A stretch of DNA of 63,947 nucleotides, filler included. It is 9 parts of 9 records of this genome, joined end to end, with 100 filler letters (N's around TTAATTAATTAA, not from the genome) between each part and the next. Parts side by side here need not be neighbours in the genome. Positions count along the whole stretch, not along the records: positions 30,890 to 36,761 come from SRR31147125_58218; positions 36,862 to 42,206 come from SRR31147125_58237; positions 42,307 to 48,505 come from SRR31147125_58254; 6 more parts are not named here. The stretch is one strand, 5' to 3'. A program made the translations under genes and the position numbers. Positions 32,330-44,239 of the stretch are shown in pieces. The first letter of the stretch is position 1; each line of letters starts with the position of its first letter. Under the pieces are notes generated by a model, which saw nothing but the letters and a program-made list of their open reading frames with translations, did not search any database and was not told where the DNA came from.

Positions 32330-32983
32330 ATGAGGCTTTTCCTTTTACCGGCACTGGGAGCCGATGAACGAATGTTTTCTTTTCTTGGCAAATTGCCGGT
32401 TGAGCTTGTTCTTCCCCGACTTCTTTCGCCGCAATCTGAGGATTCAATGGCTGCATTCGCATTTCGTATGGCCGAAATGCTGAAGTTGGATGAAAATGAC
32501 ATGGTCGGCGGTGTCTCGTTTGGTGGCATGGTCGCTGCTGAGATTGCTCGCCAGCGCCCTCTCAGGGGCTTGATCCTGATCAGCAGCGGACTTTCTTCGC
32601 GCTCTGTTGACCCTCTTGCACAGCGTCTTGGACGTTTGGCTTTTACCCTTCCGCATAAGATGATGCGCTCAATTCTTGGATCCAACAAGACCTTTCAAAA
32701 GGTATTTGGAAAAGACCATCCCCAACTTTACCGGTTGGCTCGGCAGATGCTCGCTGACGCTCCTGATGAATTGCTTGTTCAGGGCGGTCACCTCTCCTTG
32801 AACTACCACTCTGAATTACCGATCCGGTGCCCTGTTTATGCAATCCATGGCGAAAAGGACACCATGATGTTCCCGGTCGAAGTGGAAAATTGTCATATGG
32901 TTGCCGGAGCGGGACAGGGGCTGGTGGTGACGCATCCCGAGGAAGTGACGCGATTTTTGCTGGAAACAATGTCTGCCGATTGA
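32330..32983 (+). CDS. Alpha/beta hydrolase-fold protein
   Basis: GVSFGG nucleophile elbow, IHGEKD; the expected GAGH reads GAGQ. Confidence 0.8.
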   Translation: MRLFLLPALGADERMFSFLGKLPVELVLPRLLSPQSEDSMAAFAFRMAEMLKLDENDMVGGVSFGGMVAAEIARQRPLRGLILISSGLSSRSVDPLAQRLGRLAFTLPHKMMRSILGSNKTFQKVFGKDHPQLYRLARQMLADAPDELLVQGGHLSLNYHSELPIRCPVYAIHGEKDTMMFPVEVENCHMVAGAGQGLVVTHPEEVTRFLLETMSAD

Positions 32984-33144
32984 TTGAGGAATCTGGGTCT
33001 GTTTTTAAAGCTAACTTTTAATTTGACAGCGACAAAAGGGAGAAATGTTCCGCGCAGGATAAATCTTGAAAATAGGCTGCCAAAATGGTAACGAAGAGGA
33101 ATGCTTGAATCCTGTTAAAAAATTTGGAGTTTTCAATCGTTGTC

Positions 33145-33534
33145 ATGAAATCCGGTATGTTGAATCTTTTGCTGGTTGGCGCGGGCGGCTTTTTCGGTGC
33201 GATCTGCCGCTATTCCCTGGGGGGAGCTGTCCATCAGTTGACCCAGGTCACGACCTTTCCTCTCGGGACGATGGTCGTGAATATTCTTGGGTGTTTCCTG
33301 ATCGGCCTGGGCGGTGGGCTCATGGAGATTCGACAGCTTTTTACTCCTGAGCTGAGGTTATTGCTGCTGATCGGCTTTCTCGGAGGTTTCACGACTTTTT
33401 CGACCTTTGGATTTGAGAGCTGGGCATTACTGCGTGACGGAGAGTTTTTGCTGGCCTTTTTCAACGTGGTGGTTCAGGTCCTGGTGGGATTAACTGCCGT
33501 ATGGTTGGGCTACGGTTTAACCCGTTACCTGTGA
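33145..33534 (+). CDS. crcB: Fluoride efflux channel Fluc
   Basis: GGFFGAICRY, GT..VNILG, GFLGGFTTFSTF. Confidence 0.96.
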   Translation: MKSGMLNLLLVGAGGFFGAICRYSLGGAVHQLTQVTTFPLGTMVVNILGCFLIGLGGGLMEIRQLFTPELRLLLLIGFLGGFTTFSTFGFESWALLRDGEFLLAFFNVVVQVLVGLTAVWLGYGLTRYL

Positions 33535-33542
33535 GGTGAAAA

Positions 33543-33881
33543 ATGATTCTTCCCGAGGAAGGGCAACTGCTGCGGATTTACATTGGTGAAAGTGACAAAC
33601 ACGAGGGTATGCCTCTTTATTCCTGGTTGGTTCGAAAAGCTCGTGAGGCAGGCCTTGCCGGGGCAACTGTACTGCGCGGGTTGGAGGGGTTTGGTGCCAC
33701 AAGTCGTGTTCATACAGCCAAAATTCTGCGTTTATCCACCGATCTTCCTCTTGTGCTTGAGATCGTTGATAAAAACGAGAGAATTGAAGCTTTTTTGCCC
33801 ATCGTAGATGAGGCCATCAAGGACGGACTCGTGACCCTGGAAAAAGTAAAAATACGCCTTTATCGCAGCCGGAATGCATGA
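33543..33881 (+). CDS. DUF190 (PII-like) protein
   Basis: LRIYIGESD, GLAGATVLRG.EGFG, LS.DLP; usual crcB neighbour. Confidence 0.92.
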   Translation: MILPEEGQLLRIYIGESDKHEGMPLYSWLVRKAREAGLAGATVLRGLEGFGATSRVHTAKILRLSTDLPLVLEIVDKNERIEAFLPIVDEAIKDGLVTLEKVKIRLYRSRNA

Positions 33882-34321
33882 ACCGGAATGATGGCTGCAA
33901 AATGGGAATAAGACTTTCTGAAACAAGCTCCTTCTTTTATAAAACATGAGTTAACACTTTAAGAAATACGATTTAACCAACCGTTAAGTAAGCTTAAAGT
34001 GATAGATTAGGCTATAAATCCTGCCTCGTCCTCCGGGAAATTCGAGAAAACAACCTTTTTAACCACACAAATTCACTCCGGTTATTTTGATATGTTTTAA
34101 TATCTGTGTAATTTTGGCTGAAGAATGTCCTGACCACGGTTTGGAAAGACAGTTTATGCCTTTGCGTTACTGAAAATATCTGACAGAATTGGAGGAAAGG
34201 GAATTTTGAGATTTCCTGACAAAACAAGGCAACGAGTCGAAATTTACTGGTAAATCACAGGAATTGTGAATGAACAGAATCGATTTTTTATGATATTAGC
34301 ACTTTTGAAAGAGAGGTACCA

Positions 34322-34837
34322 ATGGAAGAACAGGCCGGAAAGATAACCTTAAAAGGAAATCCCGTCACCCTGATGGGCAAAGTACCTGTCGTTGGTGAAG
34401 CTGCACCGGATTGCGAACTTGTCGCTAACGATCTATCCCCGGTTCCCCTGTCGACTTATCGCAATAAGGTTTGTATTGTGACAACCTTGCCTTCCCTCGA
34501 CACGCCCGTTTGCGCGGCAGAAACCAGGCGTTTCAACACCGAGGCTGCCGGATTGGGGGAAGATGTCCAGGTGCTCGCAATAAGTGTCGACCTTCCCTTT
34601 GCTCAAAGTCGCTGGTGCGGGGCTGCCGGTGTAAGTCGACTGATAACCCTCTCGGATTATCGTAACACGGATTTCGGCCAGGCCTTTGGTGTTGTTATTA
34701 AAGAACTGCGGCTTCTGGCTCGGACCGTTTTTGTGCTGGATCGAGAAGGGATAATTCGCTATCGGGAAATTGTTTCGGAGGTGACGGACGAACCTGATTA
34801 TGAGACGGCTCTGGCTGCTGCAAGAGACTTGATCTGA
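34322..34837 (+). CDS. tpx: Thiol peroxidase (atypical 2-Cys)
   Basis: PSLDTPVC, S.DLPFAQSRWC, LLAR.VFV, EPDYE. Confidence 0.96.
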   Translation: MEEQAGKITLKGNPVTLMGKVPVVGEAAPDCELVANDLSPVPLSTYRNKVCIVTTLPSLDTPVCAAETRRFNTEAAGLGEDVQVLAISVDLPFAQSRWCGAAGVSRLITLSDYRNTDFGQAFGVVIKELRLLARTVFVLDREGIIRYREIVSEVTDEPDYETALAAARDLI

Positions 34838-34848
34838 TAAAGGTATCC

Positions 34849-34879
34849 AAAGCCACCCGACTGTCGGGTGGCTTTTTTT
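34849..34879 (+). terminator. Intrinsic terminator between convergent genes
   Basis: AAAGCCACCCGA-ctg-TCGGGTGGCTTT followed by more T. Confidence 0.85.
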
Positions 34880-34898
34880 AAAAAAACTTGAGAGATTT

Positions 34899-35840
34899 TT
34901 ATCCTGATGTGGCGCGGATGCAGTTCCTGCCTTCGGCCTTGGCTTTGTAAAGCATATTGTCTGCAAGGCGGATCATTTCGGAAGGATCTGAGTCGTGGGA
35001 AGGGCGAACAGTTGCGATGCCGAAACTGACGGTCACGAATTCGCTGATAGGGGATTTACTATGGGGAATGGCCATTTCGGCAATGGCCTTCTGAAAATTT
35101 TTCGCCAAACTCAGTGCTCCCTCCGGGTTTGTCTCCGGAAGTATCACCACAAACTCCTCCCCGCCGAATCGCGCTGCAAAATCGGTGGAGCGGTTCAGGG
35201 TGTCGACCAGTACTTTGGAAATTTTTTTGAGACAGGTGTCTCCAGCCAGATGGCCGTAGGTGTCATTGAAAAGCTTAAAAAAGTCGATGTCAACGATAAT
35301 GAGAGACAATTCTACCATGCCGCGAAGTGCGTGGCGCCATTCAGAAAGAAGGACTTCATTAAAACGTCTGCGGTTCGGGATGTTGGTGAGAAAATCCAGG
35401 GTTGACAGATTTTCCAGAATATCCAGACTTTTTTTCAGTTGCAGGTGGTTTTTGACCCGCGCCTGGACAATAGGGAGGCGGAAAGGCTTGGTGATATAAT
35501 CCACGGCACCCAAAGCGAGCCCTTTTTCCTCTTTTTTATCTTCAGCTAAAGCGGTTATGAAAATGACCGGTATATTAACGGTCTGGGGATTTTTTTTAAG
35601 TTCCCGGCAAACCTGAAAGCCGTCCATCTCAGGCATCATGATATCTAAAAGAATGAGATCCGGAGGCTTTGGGGACTGGGCAAGACGCAGTGCGTCCAAT
35701 CCATTTGTGGCCGTCTGAACGCAATAGTCGTCCAGCGCTATTTTGAGAATCTGAATATTGATCGGTTCATCATCCACAATTAATATGGATGATTTTTCAT
35801 GAAAAACCTCCATTCCGATTGCCGGATCGGTACTGTTCAT
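34899..35840 (-). CDS. Response regulator diguanylate cyclase (REC-GGDEF)
   Basis: LIVDD, LLDIMMP, ITKPF; RSTD I-site and GGEEF. Start uncertain. Confidence 0.93.
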   Translation of the reverse strand: MNSTDPAIGMEVFHEKSSILIVDDEPINIQILKIALDDYCVQTATNGLDALRLAQSPKPPDLILLDIMMPEMDGFQVCRELKKNPQTVNIPVIFITALAEDKKEEKGLALGAVDYITKPFRLPIVQARVKNHLQLKKSLDILENLSTLDFLTNIPNRRRFNEVLLSEWRHALRGMVELSLIIVDIDFFKLFNDTYGHLAGDTCLKKISKVLVDTLNRSTDFAARFGGEEFVVILPETNPEGALSLAKNFQKAIAEMAIPHSKSPISEFVTVSFGIATVRPSHDSDPSEMIRLADNMLYKAKAEGRNCIRATSG

Positions 35841-36310
35841 TGTCTGCGGCCTTTTATATCTCTGGGTGATTCCAGGGAAACAATGTAAGAAGGCGTTCCT
35901 GGATTCGAGCATAATTGGTTATTTAACTTCTATTACTATAACAAAAATCTATACTTATTTTTTTATAAGGATTGACGACGGAAACTTCATAGACAATGTT
36001 CGATTTCAGGCAAGGGTTTTTCCGAGTCTTTTCTTTTTTAAGCGCAGGTGTTGGGAAATTTTACAAATTTGAGCAAGTTATCGAGTAAATATCCCTTGGC
36101 GATTTATTTTAAAGACCTTAACTCCTTGAAAATTAATAGGAAATTGATGGAAAGATATAAAAACCAAAAAATTGGATCTGTCGAAAAAGTTTACAAACTC
36201 AATTTTAGACAATATTTTTTTCATATAAAATAATAAAAAACAGTAGGTTACAGGTGTGGCATAATTGGTGCTGGATTATATCATCAATAAAAAATTCCAG
36301 GAGTGTGCGT

Positions 36311-36649
36311 ATGTCTGATGAATATTCTGATACTCAAGTTTCAATTGAAAAACTGACTGGCTTGTTTCAGAAAGACCCTGAGTTATTTGAGGCTGAGCGG
36401 AAGAAGCTAATTCAGGAGACCATTAACAGCTTCCCGCCTGAATATCAGGCCCGAGCCAATGGGCTACAGTTTAAAATTGAAGCGACTTTGAATAAATACA
36501 AGGATCCAGTGGCCCGCATGAACAAAATGGTTGAAATTTTTTGGGGGCATTTTCAGGAATTTCAAGACGTCATGAATGATCCTGCCGGATTTGTGGAAAA
36601 ACCTGAAAAAAAATCAGCTCCCGGAAAAGTTCTCCACTTTTCCCGGTAG
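36311..36649 (+). CDS. DUF3135-like protein
   Basis: DPELFEAERKKLI...LQFKIE...KVLHF; SD AGGAG before ATG 36311. Confidence 0.7.
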   Translation: MSDEYSDTQVSIEKLTGLFQKDPELFEAERKKLIQETINSFPPEYQARANGLQFKIEATLNKYKDPVARMNKMVEIFWGHFQEFQDVMNDPAGFVEKPEKKSAPGKVLHFSR

Positions 36650-36761
36650 GAGCCTGTCGATCTTTGGAGTGACTCTATTACAAAATCGGCAAATCGGACT
36701 ATATTTCCCATTTTCTCATTACGATTCCCTAAGCCAGACCAGTAATTTCCGGTTAGGTTTT

Positions 36762-36861
36762 NNNNNNNNNNNNNNNNNNNNNNNNNNNNNNNNNNNNNNN
36801 NNNNNTTAATTAATTAANNNNNNNNNNNNNNNNNNNNNNNNNNNNNNNNNNNNNNNNNNNN
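36762..36861. other. Artificial contig spacer
   Basis: N-run/TTAATTAATTAA/N-run. Confidence 0.97.
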
Positions 36862-39800
36862 CAGCCCCTCGCTCATCAGTAACTGTAAACTTGACTGCAT
36901 AGCTGCCATTATCTACATAGTCATGCTCCAAAGTAAAAGCCTTCTCAGTTAAAGCAATTTCTTCTACTGCTGATCCATCACCATAATCAACTTTTACAGT
37001 CCAGCTTGTATCCATTCCGTTATCAACAAAAGAATAATTTCCAGTAAACTTACTGCCCTCATCAATACTTGTGCTTGCAGAATCCTGTGTTATAACAGGA
37101 GGTGCATTGGTTACAGTAACATTCTGCACAGTACTTGCTGTGTAGGTATTACCATCAACTACAAAATCAACCGCTATATTATAGACAAAATTCATGGTTC
37201 CTGAATAACTGTGGACTAATTCTTTTGTGGTAAGATTTCCGGAATTGATAATTTCATCTTTCTTACCATCACCCCAGTTCACAATCCATTTCTCTGGCAC
37301 AACACTCCTGGTTAAATCCGCCGGATCTGTTATTTTACCGAGAGTCAAAGTATAATCACCCAACTCATACACCTTGTCGCTGCCGGTCAGTTCAATACTC
37401 ATCGGTGCATCTTCAACAGTCAGCGCAAGAGTATTTGAGAGGCTACCTGAATGAGTTGTACCGTCAGATACAGCAGAGGTAATTGTAATACTCTTAGCCC
37501 CTTCAGCAGTATAGGTATGAACCAGCGAACGCCCATCACCTACAGTCTCCCCAACCGCAATAGCAGCAGCATTGATAACAGTCGAACTACCATCACCCCA
37601 GTCCACTACATACTGCGTAAGCTCATCCCCCTCAACATCAATAACATCAGAAACACTCAAGGTATACTCACTCCCCTGCATTACCGAGCTCCTGCCCTTT
37701 ATAGTAAAAGCAGGTGCCACATCAATAACAGCTAGAGTAAGCGTCGGTGCAGCACCAGTATTATTATAATCTGTCACTGTCTCAACAACATTGTACTCTT
37801 TGAGCTTGTATGTTCCATTCTCCTTGATTATTTCCTGATAAAATTTTGTCGGTACTCCGTCTACATCCTTTGTTACCATTCCAGGAGAGAATATCACCCC
37901 GAAATCAGTAACCATCCTTCTCCCCTCATAATATGGTTCACCATCTTTGAGTACTATGCCATTATCACTCTCCGGGTCACCAACAAGAATTATAGACGTA
38001 GAATTAACTGCTCCTTTAGCAATCTCCGTATCTCTAAAGGTGACACTAATATTTTTAGCAGCATCACCTGCATCACCATCTGCATAAGTATGGTAGAGCA
38101 CAACCTCCTGATCATCTTTCAAATCCATAAACTGTGATGAGTTGAGAGTCTCGACACTACCGTCTCCCCAGTTTACAAGCACTTCATCAATAGAGATACT
38201 GCTTGGAAGATCATAACTGTAATTTGACAGAGTAAGCGCATAAGGCGTATTCTCTGCAACACTATCTACGCTGTCTGAAAGCTCAACTTCTGGCGCACTC
38301 CACTCTGGAACATGCACAGGTTCCTCAGTAGAAGAGGTATTGTCATCCTCAACTTTGGTCACAGTAATCTCAAAGTTGCCAGACACCTTGGCATCAGCCT
38401 CTGCATAATCCTCATCCCAAGCAGATACTTTTACATTGAACACCCCATCTGTACCATAGTAATGCTCTATACCAGTTGTAAAACCTGCCATTTCTGCAGG
38501 AGTATAGCTCTCAGTGCTACCATCACCCCAATCAACAATCCAACCAGCTACACTGTCAGTTCCAAGGTCAGAGTATGCCATACCTGTAATACGCACAATA
38601 CTGCCTTCGGCTACAGTCGTACTATCTCCCGCCTGATCAAAGGATATTACCGGCGCAACATTATTTACCGTAACATTCTTTGTCGCAACGTCAGTATAAG
38701 TACCATCTTCATCAACAACAGATACTTTTACAGTATAGTCTACACCACCGGCAGGCGCATCAGCAAACACATGTAGAGCGGTGTAATTCTGACCGGCAAA
38801 AGTAGGGATATAGTCCTGCACCCCACTCCCATCACCCCAGTCAACCTGATACTTGCTTACAGTATCATTACCGACATCTGTCGGAGCATTAATAGTAAGC
38901 GCATACTCTCCACCTTCATTTACAGCCGTATCCCCAGCAATGGTTACTGTCGGAGCAACATTCAACACTTTGACAGAATGCGTCTCAGTAAAACTCCCCT
39001 CACTGTCAATCAGCTCCACAGTTATAGTATAGTCATCACCACTGGCTGAACCATCAGGATACTTATGAATCAATTGAGACTCATTCAGAGTATTTAGAGT
39101 TGAAAGAATAGAACTCCCGCCATCACCCCACTTTACTTTCCAGATACCTGCACCACTCTGAGGTCTATCTGATTTAAGCTTTAGTGTATAGTCGGCTCCT
39201 TCATTTACGCTCTCTCCGCTATCATTTACTATATTAATATGCGCACTGGCATCTTCTGTAACAGTCAGATTTTTTATCGCAGACTCAGTCTTCCCGTCCT
39301 CATCATACGCAACCACATCAATAACATAATTTCCAGGTGTTGCATATGTATGCTTCACACTAGTGGAACCAGCATCATAAGTAATTACACTACCATCTCC
39401 CCAATCAACTACCCAGCTGGAGATAGTATCTTCACCCTGCTCAGAACTATCATTCTTATCAAGAACCAAGGTATATTCACTATCTTCCTCAATAGTACCC
39501 AGACCAGTCACACTGATTTTACGCTTTTTATTCTTGATATACAAATTTGAAGAGGTATTGGAAACCTTACCGCCTGAGCTGACCTTCATATTAACTATAT
39601 AGCTGCCATTATCAACAAGTCCATACGAACTAAGGGTAGCCCAGGTTATAGTATTCACAGCAGTAGCAGAGCTAAACTCATAAACTCCATCATTACCAAA
39701 ATCCAATTCATATGTTGCTGCAGCATTACCAGGTATTTCCGAACCTGAAGCATCTATCTTTATAGAATCCCCTTCAGATATATCACCAGATAAATCCGCA

Positions 39801-42206
39801 TCGGTCTCTAATGAAATAACAAAGCTGGCAAAAAGCTCTGCTGTAGGGAGTGAGACAGAGTCAAGCGTATAGTAATTCAAGACCGTCTCATCGCCTGTCT
39901 TACTTATTTTCCCATCAGGATAATTTATAGTATTGGTTGCAGCACCATAATATATCAACTTATCATTACCAAAATATCCAAACATAGCTGCTGAGTAAAG
40001 CTGAGTATTCCCATAAACATCAACCTCTGCACCCAAGGCAATCCCAGCCCCATATACAGTTATAATATCATTGTCAAAATTCCCCTGCAGACCTGCATAA
40101 GCAAAGTTTCCAATTGATTTAAGCTCAATAGTATCATTACCGGATCCAGCGTCCAATCCGAATTGAGTCTTATGAGAAGCATCCAACCCTGCCTCAATTT
40201 TACCGATACTTATAACATCATCACCAGCTTGTGTAAAGAGCAGCACATAACCCTGCGATAAGACAGTTCCGATATCAACAATATCATTCCCCTCACCTGT
40301 ATCAAGATTTGAAATCCCTCCAATACTTCCAAAGCTAAGTGTATCATTACCTCCCTGAGTCTTCACAATATAGTTATTTGTTGCCAGACTATTCACAACC
40401 ATGACTGTGTCATCGCCTGCACCTGTATATATAATGAAAGTATTTTTCTCCAGAGTAGATTCAATAACAACCTGATCACCTCCGTCATTACCCATAATAT
40501 TGATGTTCTTCACATCAGCATCATTTATAGATATGGAATCACTTCCACTTCCCATATTAAAAGCCAGCGTCTCCAGACCGGAATACTCAATATTCCACAG
40601 TTTTGGTTTGGTCTCAAGCGTAGTATCTGGATCAGTATCCCAGAAAGCCCTATAAAACTCAATATTTGCAGTATTGATCCCTGTCTCGGTCTCTCCAATC
40701 ACATAAATACTGTATTTATCACCTGTTATCTCGAGCGGATTCTCAATCCCAGTTACTCCAGCTCCATTCTGTAGATATTGAACCTGCTTGAATGATTTAT
40801 GATCTGCACCTATCTCAAAGATAGCCAATGTACTGTCGTTATAACCACAAGCAACAAGCACCCCATTGGCTTCCAGCACACCTGTCACTCCGGAAATACC
40901 CCTAACTCCGTTCACCCCTTCACGTATTACAGATTTTAAAGTAAACGTACCATCAGTATTTATCGAATAGACCTCAACTGCACTATTATCCCGGTGCAAA
41001 GCATACATAAATTTATAATCTGCACTCATTACAAATTTTGACACTGCTCCATACATCCCGGAATTACTATCACCGAGGTTGTCTGAAAGTTCCCACTTAC
41101 CATCAGTTCCATTCCAGCTTACTTTATAAAACTTCCCTTCATCAGTTCCCAGATACACATTTGAGCCATATTTGAACGTCGAGGTAACATTCTCATTAAA
41201 ATCAGAACCACTCTGTTTTGTCAATGCTCCACTACCTCTATCAACAGCATAACCATATACTGATGAATTACCAACAGCAATCAGGTTGTTAGAATCCGCT
41301 GTAGCAATAAGTTGCTGTAAAGAATCGCCGACAACCGGAACTTTCTGCTTAGGCGTTGCAGTGGCCTGCCCTGTATAACGCACAAACGAGGAATTAATAT
41401 TAGATTTTTCATAACAATAAATATTATCCCTCCCTTCGGAATTTAGAAGATACACAAAATCATATGTGCCTGTCGACTTCACAGCTGTCACCGGAAGCAG
41501 ATACCCCTTTACCTCCGGGTTACCACTGTCAGAAACAGCTGTATGTCCATAGCTACTTGATGGAGGAGTTGCAACATAATACCCATATGTTGAGTTTTGA
41601 GCACTACTACTGCTCAAACCGCTAGCGATTGTCATACCGACCGATGATATAGCACCAGTCAAATTATTGACCACATTACTCATCGTTTTAGATATACGAT
41701 TTCCCGAGTTAGTGAAGGTACCATTAGCCTCAACAGTTGCACTATCAGCCAGCACAGGGGTAGTACTGCTCTGACTGCTGTTAATTATAAATGCATTGTT
41801 TGTGAACTCCAGCTTTCCATACATAACAACCTTGTCAACAGTATTAATACCACTGGTGACAACACTAGAATTATCTGAAACATCAATAGTACATTTATCA
41901 AATTTTAGATTACAGGAGTTACCGATATTAGCAGTCGTCCCGATGCCTTTATTTACCCCGTCGAGTGAAAATTTGCAATTAGTAAAGTATAAGTTACCAT
42001 ATAATACATTAACAGAATTAAAGACTCCATTCTCAGACTTGTCAAATGTCACCCCACCCTGAGTATACTCTCCCTCAACAATGGTATTCTTACAGTTAAC
42101 CTGCCCATTACCAGTAATATATACTTCATTAAACAGCCCGTTTTTCACCCCAGAATTAGTGACATAACACTCATCAACCAGCAATGATTGCCCACTATGG
42201 GACGGC
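36862..42206 (-). CDS. Internal fragment of a giant secreted/surface protein: propeller-like region, GxGxD repeats, about 8 PKD-like domains
   Basis: More than 1770 open codons filling the contig; repeated V[DN]WGDGS, H.Y.D and V.NVAP; repeats such as GAGDDTV, GEGNDIV, GSGNDTI. Confidence 0.88.
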
Positions 42207-42306
42207 NNNNNNNNNNNNNNNNNNNNNNNNNNNNNNNNNNNNNNNNNNNNTTAATTAATTAANNNNNNNNNNNNNNNNNNNNNNNNNNNNNNNNNNNNNN
42301 NNNNNN
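42207..42306. other. Artificial contig spacer
   Basis: N-run/TTAATTAATTAA/N-run. Confidence 0.97.
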
Positions 42307-42601
42307 CCCCCTTATGACGCTTCAATTTATCCTTATAACGCTTCAACTGACGCTCAATTTTGTCAACCATCAGATCAATCGCCGCGTACATATCATCTTT
42401 ATTTTCAACGCTCTTCATGGTCAGCCCTTTGGCGACCATCGTTACTTCAGCCCGGTGGTTGATCTTCTTCTGCACTGACAACACAACCTGAGCATCAATC
42501 GGCTCATCAATGTATTTCTTGACCCGAGCCAGTTTTTCCTCAACGTAACTGCGAACGGCATCACTGCTTTCCATATGACGAAAGGTGACGGCAATTTGCA
42601 T
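42307..42601 (-). CDS. hpf: Ribosome hibernation promoting factor (truncated)
   Basis: MQIAVTFRHM...DMYAAIDLMVDKIERQLKRYK; SD AAGGAGG; follows rpoN. Confidence 0.93.
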
Positions 42602-42710
42602 AAGCAACCTCCTTGGTTCGAGGAATTCCATTATGGAACTCCGCTTTTATAAATTATAACCGATAACGCAGTCAGGAGCACCGTTTATCAGTTCTTAAGT
42701 ACAGACGCAC

Positions 42711-44165
42711 TTAGAACAGTCGTTTACGTTCCGTAGACGATCCCAGACCAAGCATTTCCCTGTACTTCGTCACCGTACGCCGAGCGATATTGATATCCTG
42801 ATCCTTCAATAAAGCGACGATCTTCTGATCCGAATAGGGTTTCTTCGGGTCTTCAGCAGCAACAATTTCCTTGATCCGGCTTTTCACACTTTCTGAAGCA
42901 ACGGCATCACCGTCAGCAGTGTTGATTCCACTATTGAAAAAATATTTCAGTTCAAATAGCCCTTGGGGTGTCTGAACATATTTATTTGTCGTGACCCGGC
43001 TGACCGTCGATTCATGCATTTCAATGTCTTCAGCGACATCTCTCAACACCAGAGGCTTAAGGTGATCGATCCCCTGATCAAGGAATTCTCTCTGAAACTT
43101 GACGATGCTCTTTGTCACTTTGTAAATGGTTCTCTGTCGCTGATGAATACTCTTGATCAACCAGACAGCGCTTCGCATCTTGTCCTGGATGTATTCGCCC
43201 GCCTTCTTATCAACGTTGGAATTGCCGCTCAGTGCATTTCGGTAAAAGGAATTGATGCGCAGATTGGGAAGCCCCTCGTCATTCTGGGTGACGACATATT
43301 CGTCTCCGACCTTGTGAACAAAGATATCCGGAACGATGTAGTGAACGTCTTCTTCGCTGTAGGCGCGACCAGGTCGCGGGTCCAGATCAGAAATCAGCTT
43401 TGCCGCAGCAAAGACCTCGTCCATGGACACTTTTCTGGCCCGGGCAATGGCAGGATATTTACGGCCTTCGAGCTCATCGATATGATCACGCAGGATAACC
43501 GCCGCCAGAGAGTCTGACAGGTCCATTCGGTCCAGTTGCAGTAGCAGACACTCCTGAAGGTTGCGACTTGCCACCCCGGCAGGATCGAATTTCTGAACCG
43601 TCTCGAGAGCATGCTCATAAACCGCAAGATCAATGTCAGCCGCTTCGGCCAACTCCTCAAGAGTGGCATGCAGATATCCGACATCATCAAGGTTGCCGAT
43701 AATTTCCGCAGCCGCATTCCGCTCCTGGTCAGCCATGGTGGACATTCCAAGCTGCCACATCAGGTGATCATTCAGGCTGTCTTTTTTCGTCAGCAGGCTC
43801 TCGTAAGAGGGGCGCTCTTCCTGGTCCTCATAACTGTTGCGGGTGTCGGAACTGTTAAGATTGTAGCCTTCCAGGTAGGTCTGCCAATCGATATCCTCCA
43901 TACCCTCGCTTTCGGCCTTGACCTCCTGTTCAGGGGACGTCTCCGGGGAGCCGCTCTCTTCAACATCCTGAGAGGTGCGCTCTTCTTCAACAACCTCTTT
44001 CGGATCAACACCTTCTTCAAGCAAAGGGTTTTCCGCCAATTCTTCGGTAATAACGTCGACCAGTTCAGTTCGAGAAAGCTGTAACAGCTTAATCGCCTGC
44101 TGCAACTGCGGGGTCATCACCAGTTGTTGACTGAGTTTAACTTGTAATCTGAGATCTAAAGCCAT
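42711..44165 (-). CDS. rpoN: RNA polymerase sigma-54
   Basis: MTPQLQQAIKLLQL, HESTVSRVT, ARRTVTKYRE RpoN box. Confidence 0.99.
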   Translation of the reverse strand: MALDLRLQVKLSQQLVMTPQLQQAIKLLQLSRTELVDVITEELAENPLLEEGVDPKEVVEEERTSQDVEESGSPETSPEQEVKAESEGMEDIDWQTYLEGYNLNSSDTRNSYEDQEERPSYESLLTKKDSLNDHLMWQLGMSTMADQERNAAAEIIGNLDDVGYLHATLEELAEAADIDLAVYEHALETVQKFDPAGVASRNLQECLLLQLDRMDLSDSLAAVILRDHIDELEGRKYPAIARARKVSMDEVFAAAKLISDLDPRPGRAYSEEDVHYIVPDIFVHKVGDEYVVTQNDEGLPNLRINSFYRNALSGNSNVDKKAGEYIQDKMRSAVWLIKSIHQRQRTIYKVTKSIVKFQREFLDQGIDHLKPLVLRDVAEDIEMHESTVSRVTTNKYVQTPQGLFELKYFFNSGINTADGDAVASESVKSRIKEIVAAEDPKKPYSDQKIVALLKDQDINIARRTVTKYREMLGLGSSTERKRLF

Positions 44166-44239
44166 ATGTTCCAGACGTTTCAGACAGTTACGAATAACTG
44201 TGATTGTTTCAGACTAACATATCCATCATCGCACGAAAG

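Noticed and set aside
32984-33144. Fluoride riboswitch upstream of crcB
   Set aside because: No GGCGATGG-like start or matching pseudoknot elements visible by eye; an Rfam scan would settle it.
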